This document shows, one piece after another, positions 28,267 to 38,128 of a DNA stretch of 50,008 nucleotides. Origin of the DNA: a phage; sequence record PX418923.1. The stretch is one strand, 5' to 3'. How positions within the stretch are numbered: position 1 is the first letter of the stretch; the number at the start of each line of letters is the position of its first letter. Under the pieces are notes generated by a model that did no database searches, was not told the origin of the DNA, and saw nothing but the letters and a program-made list of their open reading frames with translations. The position numbers and the translations under genes are program-made.

Positions 28267-29025
28267 TTATTGTGTAATGCCATGCTGTGCGTACACTTCT
28301 TCTCGAATCCTACGCATGAACTCAGCCTGTTCTTTAGACGTGGCCCCTTTCAGTAGAGACTTCTCGGGACGCTGTAGAGGCGGACGCTCAGGAGCATTGA
28401 GTTGAGTGTTATAGCTAGTGGCAGTGTTAAGTTTGACCGAAGTGGTCGAGGTATTGAAAAGTGCCAGTACCATTGCTGGATTCCGGCTAGCAAGTTCTCC
28501 TAGTTCTTTAGGAGTAGTCCCAAGTTCTTTAGCTTTCGCTGCCATAACTTCAGGAGCCTTCTCGCCAAATTTCTGGAGGAGAGTATTATTTACTTGTGCC
28601 TTGTTTTGTTCAGCAGTCATTTGGACCTTCTCTTGAACAAGAAGATTACGCACAAGTTCAGTAACTGCTTGCTGATCAAGACCACTAGCTGGAGATGGTG
28701 TTTCTGCTGCCGGAGGTTGATTCTGGTTTTGCAGTCGTTCAATGATTTCTTCTACCGATTGAGTTTGCTGAAGCTTCGCTTGGAGTTCGGCAAGAGCCGC
28801 TTCCTTCTCTTGCAGTTGCTGCTTGAGTTGAGGAATGTATTGTTGAGCGTTAGCCAGCCCTTCGAGAGCTTTAGGCAGAGAATCATATTTCGGTTGGCCT
28901 TGCTCATTCTTGATAGACGCCAGCAGGTCCGCATAAGACGCATCAGGAGCAGAAGCCGGATTGGAAGCCTCCGGGGTTACCGGAGTAGGTTGTTGTTCAC
29001 TAAATACATCAGGCTGGTCAGCCAT
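28267..29025 (-). CDS. Scaffolding protein
   Basis: Q/A/E-rich predicted coiled coil, between portal and capsid genes. Confidence 0.55.
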   Translation of the reverse strand: MADQPDVFSEQQPTPVTPEASNPASAPDASYADLLASIKNEQGQPKYDSLPKALEGLANAQQYIPQLKQQLQEKEAALAELQAKLQQTQSVEEIIERLQNQNQPPAAETPSPASGLDQQAVTELVRNLLVQEKVQMTAEQNKAQVNNTLLQKFGEKAPEVMAAKAKELGTTPKELGELASRNPAMVLALFNTSTTSVKLNTATSYNTQLNAPERPPLQRPEKSLLKGATSKEQAEFMRRIREEVYAQHGITQ

Positions 29026-29147
29026 AGTATACCTCTAAGTAATTAATGTTAATTAATATATAATAATATTATTAATTATAATATTACTAATATATATATA
29101 TAAATATATTATACACATAGTATATACTTTTTTTAGAAGATAATCTC
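29026..29147. promoter_or_regulatory. AT-rich intergenic tract with TA repeats upstream of scaffold/capsid genes
   Basis: About 120 bp of almost pure A/T including (TA)n and TAGTATATACT, inside the late operon. Confidence 0.35.
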
Positions 29148-29405
29148 CTAACTATCGGTAGATTTATCATTCAAAAGATCTAATACTTCTTGTATAGCGC
29201 GTTCGTAACCTCTAGCGTCCGCTTGAAGCAGAGCCCAGTTAGGATTATCGTAGGATGTGATAGAGCGTCCGTTTCTTACAGAGGCGTCAATCTTCTTCTC
29301 AAGAAGTTCAAGAAGCCTCCGTCTCATAACCAGAGACTCCTTGAAGTTAGCTCTAACATCCTTGGCACGTTCTGGCTCTAAGCCTTGAGTCCAAGATTGT
29401 CTCAT
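29148..29405 (-). CDS. Hypothetical protein
   Basis: ORF between portal and scaffold genes; start overlaps portal stop. Confidence 0.45.
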   Translation of the reverse strand: MRQSWTQGLEPERAKDVRANFKESLVMRRRLLELLEKKIDASVRNGRSITSYDNPNWALLQADARGYERAIQEVLDLLNDKSTDS

Positions 29406-31159
29406 TAGATAGCACCCTCAGCAGGCATTTGAGCTTGAAGTTGCAGGTCTTCTTGTGCTTGTGCAACAAGCGATTGAGTCTCTGCTTGCTCTGCTACTGC
29501 CACGTTAGGTCTAAAGATTTCGTAACCTTGCAATCCAGTTACATCATCTACGAAAGTAGCCAATGCCTTGCCACTAGTATGAGGAAGAATCATCTGTCCG
29601 ATTTGACTATTGAAGATTCCTACTAAGTTCTGCAAGTCTTGTGCCTGCTTACCGAAGTGCCTAGCGCCAATGGGTCTAATCTTTCCATTAGCAGTAATGT
29701 CTTCACGAGTAACAGACATGAACTCTTTAACGCCAAGATCAGTATCCATAACTCGAATAACATCACTACCATCCATGTTACGAGTAGCGGTTTCCAACAT
29801 AGCGTTCAGCACAGGCTCCAGCAGTTCTACTTCGAACGTAGTGACCTTCTCTTGGAAGATTCGACCAGCAGCATTACCGAGCTGTTGTACTTCAAATGCA
29901 GTCTTTTCACCAGGAGTACGAATGCCCATAGCCTCACGAGGAGCGCCAGCATATAGCTCCATACGATCTTCTAGCATTTGAATTTGGTTGTCTGCGTTGA
30001 TGATGTAGTTAACGTTCTTGGCAACCTCTTGTACATCACCACCTTGGTCCAGATGAATCTCCGCACCAGGACCCCATACAAACTCCTCTACCTCACCAAG
30101 AATCTTCAGCGGGGGTTGAATGATAAGATCGACAGCATCAGCCTTGGCATTCTCAAGATGGTCAATTCGATATTGCATACCTACCAGATTGTCCAGAGGC
30201 CCCATGGCCCACAGATTGTCTGGGCGGAATCTCCAGCCTACATGATAAATTGGGGCAGAGCCGAACCAAGTTGGAATGGACTCATTACGAACTTCGGTTG
30301 ATCTATCTACTACAGTAATAATTCTATTGGTTTGAAGTTCACCAGTTTCTTTATCGTGGTAGTCTCCGTAGAACTCCAGGATTTCTACCCAGTCGCTCAT
30401 GTAGTATTCGTACAAGTTACCGAACCCATCTACATCGAATCCAGCAGCCTTATCGAAGTCCTCTACAGAATAACCCCCTAGATGCCTGCAAATCTCTTCT
30501 CTACGCTTCAAAGCCTCTAGCCAATAGGATTGCTCGGGCTCATCTTGAGCGAGCCTCATAAGCTCTCCTTTGGTCTTTACAGAGCGTACAATTTTAAAGG
30601 TATCAGAGATAGAGGTTGCAAGTGGATTAAACACAATGTCCAGTGGACTAATGCGTACAAGTCGTGGACCAATGTAGTCAGGTACCAGAGTGCCATCAGG
30701 CATTTCTTTGTACTTAGCTTCGAAACTTACAGTGGCAAACGCATTACCGTAATCAATATAATCATAGATTAGTTTACTAACCTCAGTGCGGAAATGACTC
30801 TCTCTGCACTTATTGCTCATGTAAGCTTGGATGGCTTTGGCTTTAGTCTTAGTGCTATCACCTTTACCATAACCTACCCAACGAAGCCAATCGTCATTAG
30901 GGAACAGAGATGAGAAATAGTTAGAGTGAAGGTTGTCCCTAATCTGACAAAGCTTGGGTAGGGTAGTAGAGTTCTTCCACGGAAGACCTTGGTTAGAAGT
31001 GGTAGTAGTGTCTGTTGCGAATACATAGTTACGCAACTCTTTCCACTCTTCAATTTTCTGGCGTCGTTGATTATTAAAACGATCCCAGAGATAGGCTACC
31101 CATTGGGCAGAACTATCACGTACCAGCAAGCTATTAAGCTCAGCTACTTTAGTTGACAT
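29405..31159 (-). CDS. Portal protein
   Basis: 584 aa directly downstream of terminase large subunit; GGAG RBS. Confidence 0.65.
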   Translation of the reverse strand: MSTKVAELNSLLVRDSSAQWVAYLWDRFNNQRRQKIEEWKELRNYVFATDTTTTSNQGLPWKNSTTLPKLCQIRDNLHSNYFSSLFPNDDWLRWVGYGKGDSTKTKAKAIQAYMSNKCRESHFRTEVSKLIYDYIDYGNAFATVSFEAKYKEMPDGTLVPDYIGPRLVRISPLDIVFNPLATSISDTFKIVRSVKTKGELMRLAQDEPEQSYWLEALKRREEICRHLGGYSVEDFDKAAGFDVDGFGNLYEYYMSDWVEILEFYGDYHDKETGELQTNRIITVVDRSTEVRNESIPTWFGSAPIYHVGWRFRPDNLWAMGPLDNLVGMQYRIDHLENAKADAVDLIIQPPLKILGEVEEFVWGPGAEIHLDQGGDVQEVAKNVNYIINADNQIQMLEDRMELYAGAPREAMGIRTPGEKTAFEVQQLGNAAGRIFQEKVTTFEVELLEPVLNAMLETATRNMDGSDVIRVMDTDLGVKEFMSVTREDITANGKIRPIGARHFGKQAQDLQNLVGIFNSQIGQMILPHTSGKALATFVDDVTGLQGYEIFRPNVAVAEQAETQSLVAQAQEDLQLQAQMPAEGAI

Positions 31160-31171
31160 TATATCTCCAAA

Positions 31172-32779
31172 TTATCTGTAAGCGACGCCACCAAAACGAG
31201 AACGTTTGGAGTTGTCAAAAAGAAAGTCTTGAATACCACTGTTGAAGCTTTTTGCAGGAGGAGTGGCAATAGAAACAGCACTAGCCAGGGCGTCTTTGAT
31301 ATCGTCATGAGGTGGCCTAGAAAGCACCAACTCTTCTTCTAGGACGCTTGTCCAACCACCCTCGTGGTGCCATACCTCTAGGTTATCATATCGATGTTCT
31401 AGGGCCGCTGCAATGCGTTCTTCCTTAGAACCTTCAGCCCTGCTCGGCCTATACTCTTCTACTGACAACCTCAACCCATCTTTCTTCACATAGTCCTTAA
31501 TCCCATTCACAATAACTTTCTGAGCTACTGTTACTTCAGCCTGGAGTTTGTTGAACACCCATTTGGAATGTAGAGCTTTAATGTGCTGGAAATACTCCAG
31601 AGTTTTATCTGACTTGAATCTGTCGATATCGACGACATAGATATTACTATCACAATCTATGCCAATGACGACAATAGCTGTGTAGTCCGCTTGCCTAGAA
31701 AGGCTAAACGCAAAGTCCACAGCAGCATAGATATTAAGCCTACGACCATTATACGTCCACCTAGAGCCTTCCTTCTTCAACAGTCTGGGATTGTAATATT
31801 GGAACTTGTCTCTAGAGATTCGATCACTACCTGGATCGTTAGGGTCATTGTAATACTGAGCAAAGAACTGCACCCTGTCAGAGTATTCTGCCTTAATCCT
31901 AGCCAACACCCTAATGTCAAACCCAAACGCCTTACCGTCCTCTCGAATAGTTCTGGGCCACAAGAAGATGTTATCTTTCTCTACAGCATACTCCTTAATC
32001 TCCCAAACTGGATGCTCATCAATCTTCATACCTTCATCATCGAAGATATCGTATTTCTGACTACGCCAAGTAGCATAAATATCAGACGGATGGTAACGAG
32101 TACCGCAGGCCATAGTAAATCCACCAGCGTTACGAATAGAGGTGAACTGAGAGGATTTCTTCTGCACGCTCTCACGGCCATCTTCAGTGTAGGCGTTCTC
32201 AGGAACTACTAAGTCGTCCGCCACAATAATGTCAGCGTGCCATCCAGTGGTGTTAGTAGTTAGGCCGGCAGTGGCAATGGTAGCATCTCGAATACCCTCT
32301 TTCTTACGCTGTACGTGGTCAATCGACATTGCGTTAGATGACCACTTCTCCCTCTTACCTTCTTGAGGATGGATGTATTCCGGGAAGTATCTATTGTAGA
32401 CACTAGAGGCCAGAATGTTCTTTACAGCATATAGCTGCGTCTCGGCCAATGTTGCAGTTGCAGAAATATAGAGGATAGTTACTTCTGGATGCTTAGTGAT
32501 AATCCATGCACACCATGTAGCTACCATGTGGGATTTAAGGTGAGCACGAGGTAGCATAATAAGTTTGTTACTAGTGAGATCACTACCCCTGCCAAACAGC
32601 GTATAGTCTTGCATCCAGGCAAAAATTTCTCTATGTACCTCACCGTACACATACCCAGGGTTCACAAGCTTAGCGAAGAAATAGAGGTCTTCTAGGGCAC
32701 GCTCTCTTACTTCCTTAGCCTTTTCAGGCATTCGCTTAAGCTTTTTCTCTGCCTCTATCAGCCAATCTTCTTCTTGCAT
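31172..32779 (-). CDS. Terminase large subunit
   Basis: 535 aa, N-terminal ATPase-like region, position upstream of portal. Confidence 0.7.
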   Translation of the reverse strand: MQEEDWLIEAEKKLKRMPEKAKEVRERALEDLYFFAKLVNPGYVYGEVHREIFAWMQDYTLFGRGSDLTSNKLIMLPRAHLKSHMVATWCAWIITKHPEVTILYISATATLAETQLYAVKNILASSVYNRYFPEYIHPQEGKREKWSSNAMSIDHVQRKKEGIRDATIATAGLTTNTTGWHADIIVADDLVVPENAYTEDGRESVQKKSSQFTSIRNAGGFTMACGTRYHPSDIYATWRSQKYDIFDDEGMKIDEHPVWEIKEYAVEKDNIFLWPRTIREDGKAFGFDIRVLARIKAEYSDRVQFFAQYYNDPNDPGSDRISRDKFQYYNPRLLKKEGSRWTYNGRRLNIYAAVDFAFSLSRQADYTAIVVIGIDCDSNIYVVDIDRFKSDKTLEYFQHIKALHSKWVFNKLQAEVTVAQKVIVNGIKDYVKKDGLRLSVEEYRPSRAEGSKEERIAAALEHRYDNLEVWHHEGGWTSVLEEELVLSRPPHDDIKDALASAVSIATPPAKSFNSGIQDFLFDNSKRSRFGGVAYR

Positions 32780-32782
32780 TAC

Positions 32783-33286
32783 TTATTTCCTAAAGTCGTC
32801 TAGTCGAGCGATATCAGCACTGAACTCGTCTTGTAGTTTTTCTTCAATAGCTTGATATCGTTCTTTCTCAGCTTTGCTGGGGCGTCCAGCAGCTCGTTTC
32901 TCCCAACCCCTATCCGCCAGATATTTAGCCGCACTGAAGTTACCAGTTTCGCTAGCACAAAGGTTAAGCATCTCTCTTACACCCTGTGAGCGCAGTTTAA
33001 GTTCCAACTCTTCACGCCACTGATCAATCTGTTTACGGATGATTTTATTCTCTTGTAGTCGCTTCCAATGTTGCCACCCAAGTAGGTGTTTTTCAGCGAA
33101 GGTGTATTCAATTGGGTCTTCCTCCTCCAAGTACAATCTCTTTAGAGAAGGGTAATGACTGCCTTTATAAGCGTAATCCCTATCTTTAAAAGTATAAACG
33201 GCAAACTCACTATAGCCAATTTCTAAAAACAAACTTTGAGTGAGCGGCCTGCCCATACTATCTACTAATCTAGATTTGTCAATCAT
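32783..33286 (-). CDS. Putative terminase small subunit
   Basis: Immediately upstream of terminase large subunit; ATG at 33286 with GGAG RBS; function by position only. Confidence 0.35.
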   Translation of the reverse strand: MIDKSRLVDSMGRPLTQSLFLEIGYSEFAVYTFKDRDYAYKGSHYPSLKRLYLEEEDPIEYTFAEKHLLGWQHWKRLQENKIIRKQIDQWREELELKLRSQGVREMLNLCASETGNFSAAKYLADRGWEKRAAGRPSKAEKERYQAIEEKLQDEFSADIARLDDFRK

Positions 33287-33335
33287 ATAATATTCTCCAA
33301 CCCTTCCTTCCTTGGAGGGGTATAAAATTATCTTG

Positions 33336-35099
33336 TTAAGATACAGTAACAATCGAGCCTGCTTTGTTCGTGACCCGGATTTTCACATTGATTGGCGATG
33401 CAGTCCCGTTATTGAATGTAACGGTGAAAGCCGCACCAGACGGTCCGTCCCCGTAGGTCGCAGATAGACCAGCAGAAATGATCGTCCCTGTGACGTCCCG
33501 CGCCTTTGAGCCAGTAGGGTTGCCATACGCAACTACATTCTGGTGCCCGCCAAACCCGTCGTCATATGCAACGTCAGCATTCAACACAAACGATCCGCTC
33601 ACGTTGAAAGTTTTTGTCAGGCTGCCAGATGCTGGAATCGTTCCGCTAAAGTCAACGACGTTGACATATTCTGGCGACCCAACTTGACCGCCATTCATGA
33701 GAACATCCACGTACCTACTAGCGAAAATAACAGCACCAGAATCAATTGCAGGTAAAGCAGTTTCCCCAAATGCCTGACCCCTCTCCCAATTTCCATTGAT
33801 CATTACATCGGTGTGCCCTACATATCCAAGCGGACTTCCAGCGAAGTTTCCACCGCCACCAGTAGGGCCGTACAGCCCGCAGAATTCTCTATTGCAAGAA
33901 TTGAAAACTGCCGTGTTACGTTTCGTGGAAGATGTCAACCCATTGGCCGTATTCATAATCCCCCAAATCGATTCGAACACACAATTGCTGAACGTTACAT
34001 CTACGTTACCGCCAGTCCCACTAACCGTCTTTGTCAGGAAGATGGCTTGCGACGAGAGATCAAAGAGGAGACATTCATTCAGGAATAGATGATTGTACGT
34101 GCAATCCTGAAGATGCATAGCGGTCCCACACTTATAGAAGTACACACGATTCAACGAAGTTGGACCAACGTAGTTATAGGTCGGCAACCCTGTTGCAACC
34201 CCAATAGTTTTCACAGCGTCTTGATAGCTAACGAAAGCAACATCTTCAAGAACGTTGCCAGTTATGTATCTGTTACTGCTCGCATCAGGATTGCCTTTCC
34301 TGATTAGGATTGCAGGATTTGGATTCACAGGAGTACCGGCTGGATAGAACGAAGTATCTACGAATGCCACCCCACGGATATCAAAGTTTTCGTTCCTAAA
34401 GTCGTTGAACGAAATATCCAGGGCACTGTTTCCATTGGTGTAGATCAGGCTTCCAACTCTACTAACCACATAACCAGCAGCTACAGCACCTGTCTTAAAA
34501 GTACCTCGAATTTTCACAGACGAAAAAAGTGTATCAGCTCCATCAAGGACGGCAGTGGAATTAATCCTAACTACGCCATCAGGAAGTTGAAGCTCTTTAT
34601 TTGCTGACAAGCAATACTCAAGTGCTGCTTTAAACGAAGCGGAAGAGTCCACAGATTCACTTACAACACCACCGAAGTCTTCCAACCTTACTTCGTCGGA
34701 GACACGTACCCAACAACCACTGACCCCAGGAGAGGTTTCTCCAGCTCCAGATAGGTACGCATTCAGGGTGCTATAAAGCCCATCCCAGGGGACAGTGGGG
34801 CTAATGATAGTCCCGCCATTGTGGTTAGAACGTGCCACTGTGGGGTCAAATTTAAAAAACCCACCACCTTGTTTGGTTCCAATCGTATGTTCTTTAGCAT
34901 AGAACAGTTGGTTATAATTTTGTCTAGCAGAACTTAGCTCTGACAAATTATTAATTACAACAGCACCCCTACCAATTAACCCAGCCCCATTTTGAGGAGA
35001 GCTAGTGTCGCTTAGGTTGACGCTAGTGAGGATATCTTCTAGATTAATAGTAAAGCTATTATCTGGTTTTTGTAGAGTGTCTACTCTCAACGTACTCAT
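33336..35099 (-). CDS. Tailspike/tail fiber protein (possible beta-helix depolymerase)
   Basis: 587 aa, Gly/Asn/Thr/Ser-rich repetitive composition; adjacent to tail fiber-like gene. Confidence 0.5.
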   Translation of the reverse strand: MSTLRVDTLQKPDNSFTINLEDILTSVNLSDTSSPQNGAGLIGRGAVVINNLSELSSARQNYNQLFYAKEHTIGTKQGGGFFKFDPTVARSNHNGGTIISPTVPWDGLYSTLNAYLSGAGETSPGVSGCWVRVSDEVRLEDFGGVVSESVDSSASFKAALEYCLSANKELQLPDGVVRINSTAVLDGADTLFSSVKIRGTFKTGAVAAGYVVSRVGSLIYTNGNSALDISFNDFRNENFDIRGVAFVDTSFYPAGTPVNPNPAILIRKGNPDASSNRYITGNVLEDVAFVSYQDAVKTIGVATGLPTYNYVGPTSLNRVYFYKCGTAMHLQDCTYNHLFLNECLLFDLSSQAIFLTKTVSGTGGNVDVTFSNCVFESIWGIMNTANGLTSSTKRNTAVFNSCNREFCGLYGPTGGGGNFAGSPLGYVGHTDVMINGNWERGQAFGETALPAIDSGAVIFASRYVDVLMNGGQVGSPEYVNVVDFSGTIPASGSLTKTFNVSGSFVLNADVAYDDGFGGHQNVVAYGNPTGSKARDVTGTIISAGLSATYGDGPSGAAFTVTFNNGTASPINVKIRVTNKAGSIVTVS

Positions 35100-35689
35100 G
35101 GTTGTACTTCTCCGTTAGCAATAGTCCAGAACGAATTGTCGCCAATAGTAACTACTTGACCCGCATCAATAGTCATCGTAGGTCCAAAAGACCAAGCGTT
35201 AACATTGTCTGGTATGTCAATACTATTTGTTACATGCTGTCCGTGCCAACTAATAACTGAGAAAGCACTTCCCATTGGTGGGTTGGTTCCATTAAGTTGT
35301 TCTTGTAAAGAAGCATCACCGGCTGCTCTAGCAGCAGCTTCTTCATCAAGCTCTTGTTTACGTACTGCTTCAGTAGGAGCTGTAGCCTTACGTAGGTTAG
35401 TCATACGCTGTTGCCCAGCGTTAAAGGTTCCCTCTAATGTATCCCCCTTAATGTTGTAATAGCGTACATCACCATCAGCAACAGTAAGAAGACTATCAGG
35501 GTTGGTTACATCTGTCTTAACATTAAGCAAAGCATAAGAGTTCATGTCCAAATCTTGGAGCATGGTGTTGTTACCACCCTTCAAGTGAAGAACATCCTCA
35601 TTAATACTTTGCTCAATAACATCGAAGTTATAATTAATCTTCGTGACATTGTAACCAGACGTAATGTTTTGTAACGTTATGTCGGTCAT
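35096..35689 (-). CDS. Tail fiber/adaptor protein (first gene of late operon)
   Basis: ATG at 35689 with AAGAG RBS after a structured 5' leader. Confidence 0.4.
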   Translation of the reverse strand: MTDITLQNITSGYNVTKINYNFDVIEQSINEDVLHLKGGNNTMLQDLDMNSYALLNVKTDVTNPDSLLTVADGDVRYYNIKGDTLEGTFNAGQQRMTNLRKATAPTEAVRKQELDEEAAARAAGDASLQEQLNGTNPPMGSAFSVISWHGQHVTNSIDIPDNVNAWSFGPTMTIDAGQVVTIGDNSFWTIANGEVQP

Positions 35690-35870
35690 AAGAGTCTCTT
35701 ATTATTCTTAACGCTCACTTGCGTGAGCAACAATACCTTTAGCATTAAGTGCCGAAGGCGTATAGTCCTCTCACATGTTAGTATGTTCTCCTCTTCATGA
35801 GAAGAACACCTACATAGCAACTCCCTGTCACTACATGAGGAGAACCTTAAGGCCCACTTTTTAGTGGGAG

Positions 35871-35891
35871 GAATTTCTGCTAGAAAATTTT
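35871..35891 (+). promoter_or_regulatory. Conserved repeated element, copy 4 (GAATTTCTGCTAGAAAATTTT), coordinates approximate
   Basis: Same core as copies at 14260, 39131 and 43232; preceded by CCCACT-TTTT-AGTGGG hairpin and followed by GGGTCAATGCAACTAATG. Confidence 0.4.
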
Positions 35892-36293
35892 AAGGGTCAA
35901 TGCAACTAATGAACCCCCTCCACTAACCCCCTGGCCTACCCCTATAGGCAAAATCTATGAGGAGGTGGGGTGTAATATACTCCCACTATCACCACCACAT
36001 TTTGCCTCACATGTAAATAGGCCTCTAAGCCTAGTGGCACTAGGGGTACAGGCTTATACGCTGGCAAGCCAGCACATGTGCTTATGTGTATGTGCGACTA
36101 CCGTCGCGTATAGGCTTATAAAACGTGCTAACAGCACACTCATACCTGGCATGCATCATGCTACGCATACAGGTACGCTTCTATGCACGTGAACAAGCTG
36201 TATAAATAACCAGTTGACTGTCACCGACACCCCATGGTTGAATGGCCCCACTGTTTGATATCGCCCAGCAACATGGCCAGTATCAAACAGGGG

Positions 36294-36322
36294 TTGACAA
36301 GCTAAGTCGAAAGGCATAGCAT
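36294..36322 (+). promoter_or_regulatory. Sigma70-like promoter P1 (TTGACA-17-TAGCAT), coordinates approximate
   Basis: Perfect -35 TTGACA, 17-bp spacer, -10 TAGCAT; preceded by inverted repeat CTGTTTGATA/TATCAAACAG. Confidence 0.45.
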
Positions 36323-36476
36323 GTGAATCGTAAGTCGGAGCCGACAATAATCGTTGGTTCTGATGTAACGGAGCCAACAATCTTGTTCTCCAGTCTACGG
36401 ACACAATGGGGAATGACACGATAGGTTCTAGGGCATGAGCCAGTTAGTGTAAGGCCGGCAGGCATCTAGTTGGGGA

Positions 36477-36505
36477 TTGACAAGAGTTAGCGAAGTATGT
36501 AACAT
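36477..36505 (+). promoter_or_regulatory. Sigma70-like promoter P2 (TTGACA-17-TAACAT), coordinates approximate
   Basis: Perfect -35 TTGACA, 17-bp spacer, -10 TAACAT; flanks GGGGATTGACAAG...ATGTAAGTC conserved with P1. Confidence 0.45.
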
Positions 36506-36726
36506 GTAAGTCAGTCGGGAAGTAAGGGACTAGGACAAACCTAGCATTGCTAACCTAACTCGCCAGCTACGGGGCTGGACTAGCCGGGATACCGACCGGG
36601 AGACGAAGGCAGTGTAACGTTAGCCTCAATAGCGTTACTGACCGGCTGAAAGCAGCCACAATGTAACAAACGTTCTTTAACAATATGTCTAGTGTGCTGT
36701 AGTGTATCCACATAGGAGGCACTACC

Positions 36727-36948
36727 ATGCGAATCAATCCGAACGACTATGCTATCAATCCGGCAATCATCCTGGCTGGGGTAGCTTGCAGCAATGGTAT
36801 GCGTATGCTAGCTAACGAAATCTTGAAGGCTAGTCCGGCAGCTAAAAGAGAGATTGAACACTTTCAACAAGTGGACAGTTCTCTAAGAGGCATGCTTAGT
36901 ATCCATGTAGCTGCTACAATAGTCTATCGCATGAATGTCGCGTATTGA
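36727..36948 (+). CDS. Hypothetical early protein (73 aa)
   Basis: Strong AGGAGG RBS; flanked by about 35-bp repeats. Confidence 0.5.
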   Translation: MRINPNDYAINPAIILAGVACSNGMRMLANEILKASPAAKREIEHFQQVDSSLRGMLSIHVAATIVYRMNVAY

Positions 36949-37043
36949 AAAATACGCTACACTACAGCACATTAGACATATGTTCTTTAACAATGTGGAT
37001 CAGTAGGCATTAGTAGACCCTCATCTTATACGGGAGAACTACT

Positions 37044-37193
37044 ATGCGTAATGAACGTCAAGCCTACCTTGCCCTTAAGAGCCAGGAAACTGTAGCTCAA
37101 AAAGTGGAACGTATCAGCAAGATGGACAAGCCTTTTGCTTTCAGACTGGCAGCCATCATTGCATGTGACACTAACAAAGGTAAGGTTTGGTGA
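37044..37193 (+). CDS. Small hypothetical protein (49 aa)
   Basis: GGGAG RBS then ATG; below ORF-track size cutoff. Confidence 0.3.
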   Translation: MRNERQAYLALKSQETVAQKVERISKMDKPFAFRLAAIIACDTNKGKVW

Positions 37194-37774
37194 GGCACTC
37201 GAAAGAGTGTCTACTAATGTCTACTGGTCTACATAGCCTAGCCACTCAGGCGTCGATAACGGGAAATGCGATGCTGGCCGGCTTGAGATTCCCTAAGAAA
37301 ATTTTAGGGCTTGACAAAGCGACAGAAAGTGGTAATATGGCTCCCAACAAAGGCAAACGGGCCTGGAGGCTTACAAAGCTCAAACAGTACGTCCCGACAG
37401 GGGGCGGCCTAAGTAAGTAAAGCGCTAGCTGGCTTCGGCCTCAAGGTGAGCGCATGAAAGCGGACGGTACAAAGCGTGGAAGGTTTGTAGAACACGCCAG
37501 TAATGCCTACTATACAGGCATCCGTATCGGGCTCTAGGATAGTTAGAGACGGGCTGTAGCTTGCAGCCATAGCAGGGGAGGATTAGTAGCGTCTGACAAA
37601 CGTGAACCGCCAGAACTGTAAGCCGGAGCAGCTAGCAGGGTGCTACCCTCCGAAGTCCCGCGAAGGGCAAAGTCTTTTTAGACTTAGGTGAACGTTCTGT
37701 ATTACCAATGCAGCGCACTGATAAAGCGTATAGTGCAGAGCAGAACGTTCAACCTAAACCTAGGAGGAACTAAT

Positions 37775-38047
37775 ATGGCCTTCCAAGCTAAGAATCACAA
37801 GCGTCAGCCTGACACTAGAATGAGCAACAAAGCCAAAATTGCACGGCGCGAAGATAAGATAGCTGCACTTGCTGCTGAGAAAACACCAGAGGCACGGAAA
37901 GTGCGGAAGGAAATGAACGATGTTGTATATCGTGGGACCCGTACCAACCTTAATGATTTTTGGAACCCAAAAGGAAAACGTCTCGCTAAAGGTAGTGGCG
38001 TAAAAGCTACCAAAATTAATCGAGCACTCAAAGCAAAAACCAACTGA
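37775..38047 (+). CDS. Small highly basic protein (possible nucleic-acid-binding)
   Basis: TAGGAGG RBS then ATG; Lys/Arg-rich 90 aa. Confidence 0.5.
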   Translation: MAFQAKNHKRQPDTRMSNKAKIARREDKIAALAAEKTPEARKVRKEMNDVVYRGTRTNLNDFWNPKGKRLAKGSGVKATKINRALKAKTN

Positions 38048-38128
38048 GGAAACACAATGTTGGCGCTCGATGAGTACCCGCATTCTACGTTTCAACCGTA
38101 AAACCCTTGAGTTTGTAGGAGTAGTGAA

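Noticed and set aside
28594-29046. Plus-strand ORF antisense to the scaffold gene
   Set aside because: Shadow ORF inside a Q/A-rich minus-strand gene; repetitive translation; no RBS
37187-37420. ORF-track ORF (77 aa, TTG start) in the structured non-coding region
   Set aside because: No RBS, non-ATG start, overlaps a GC-rich structured segment; kept only as part of the candidate ncRNA finding
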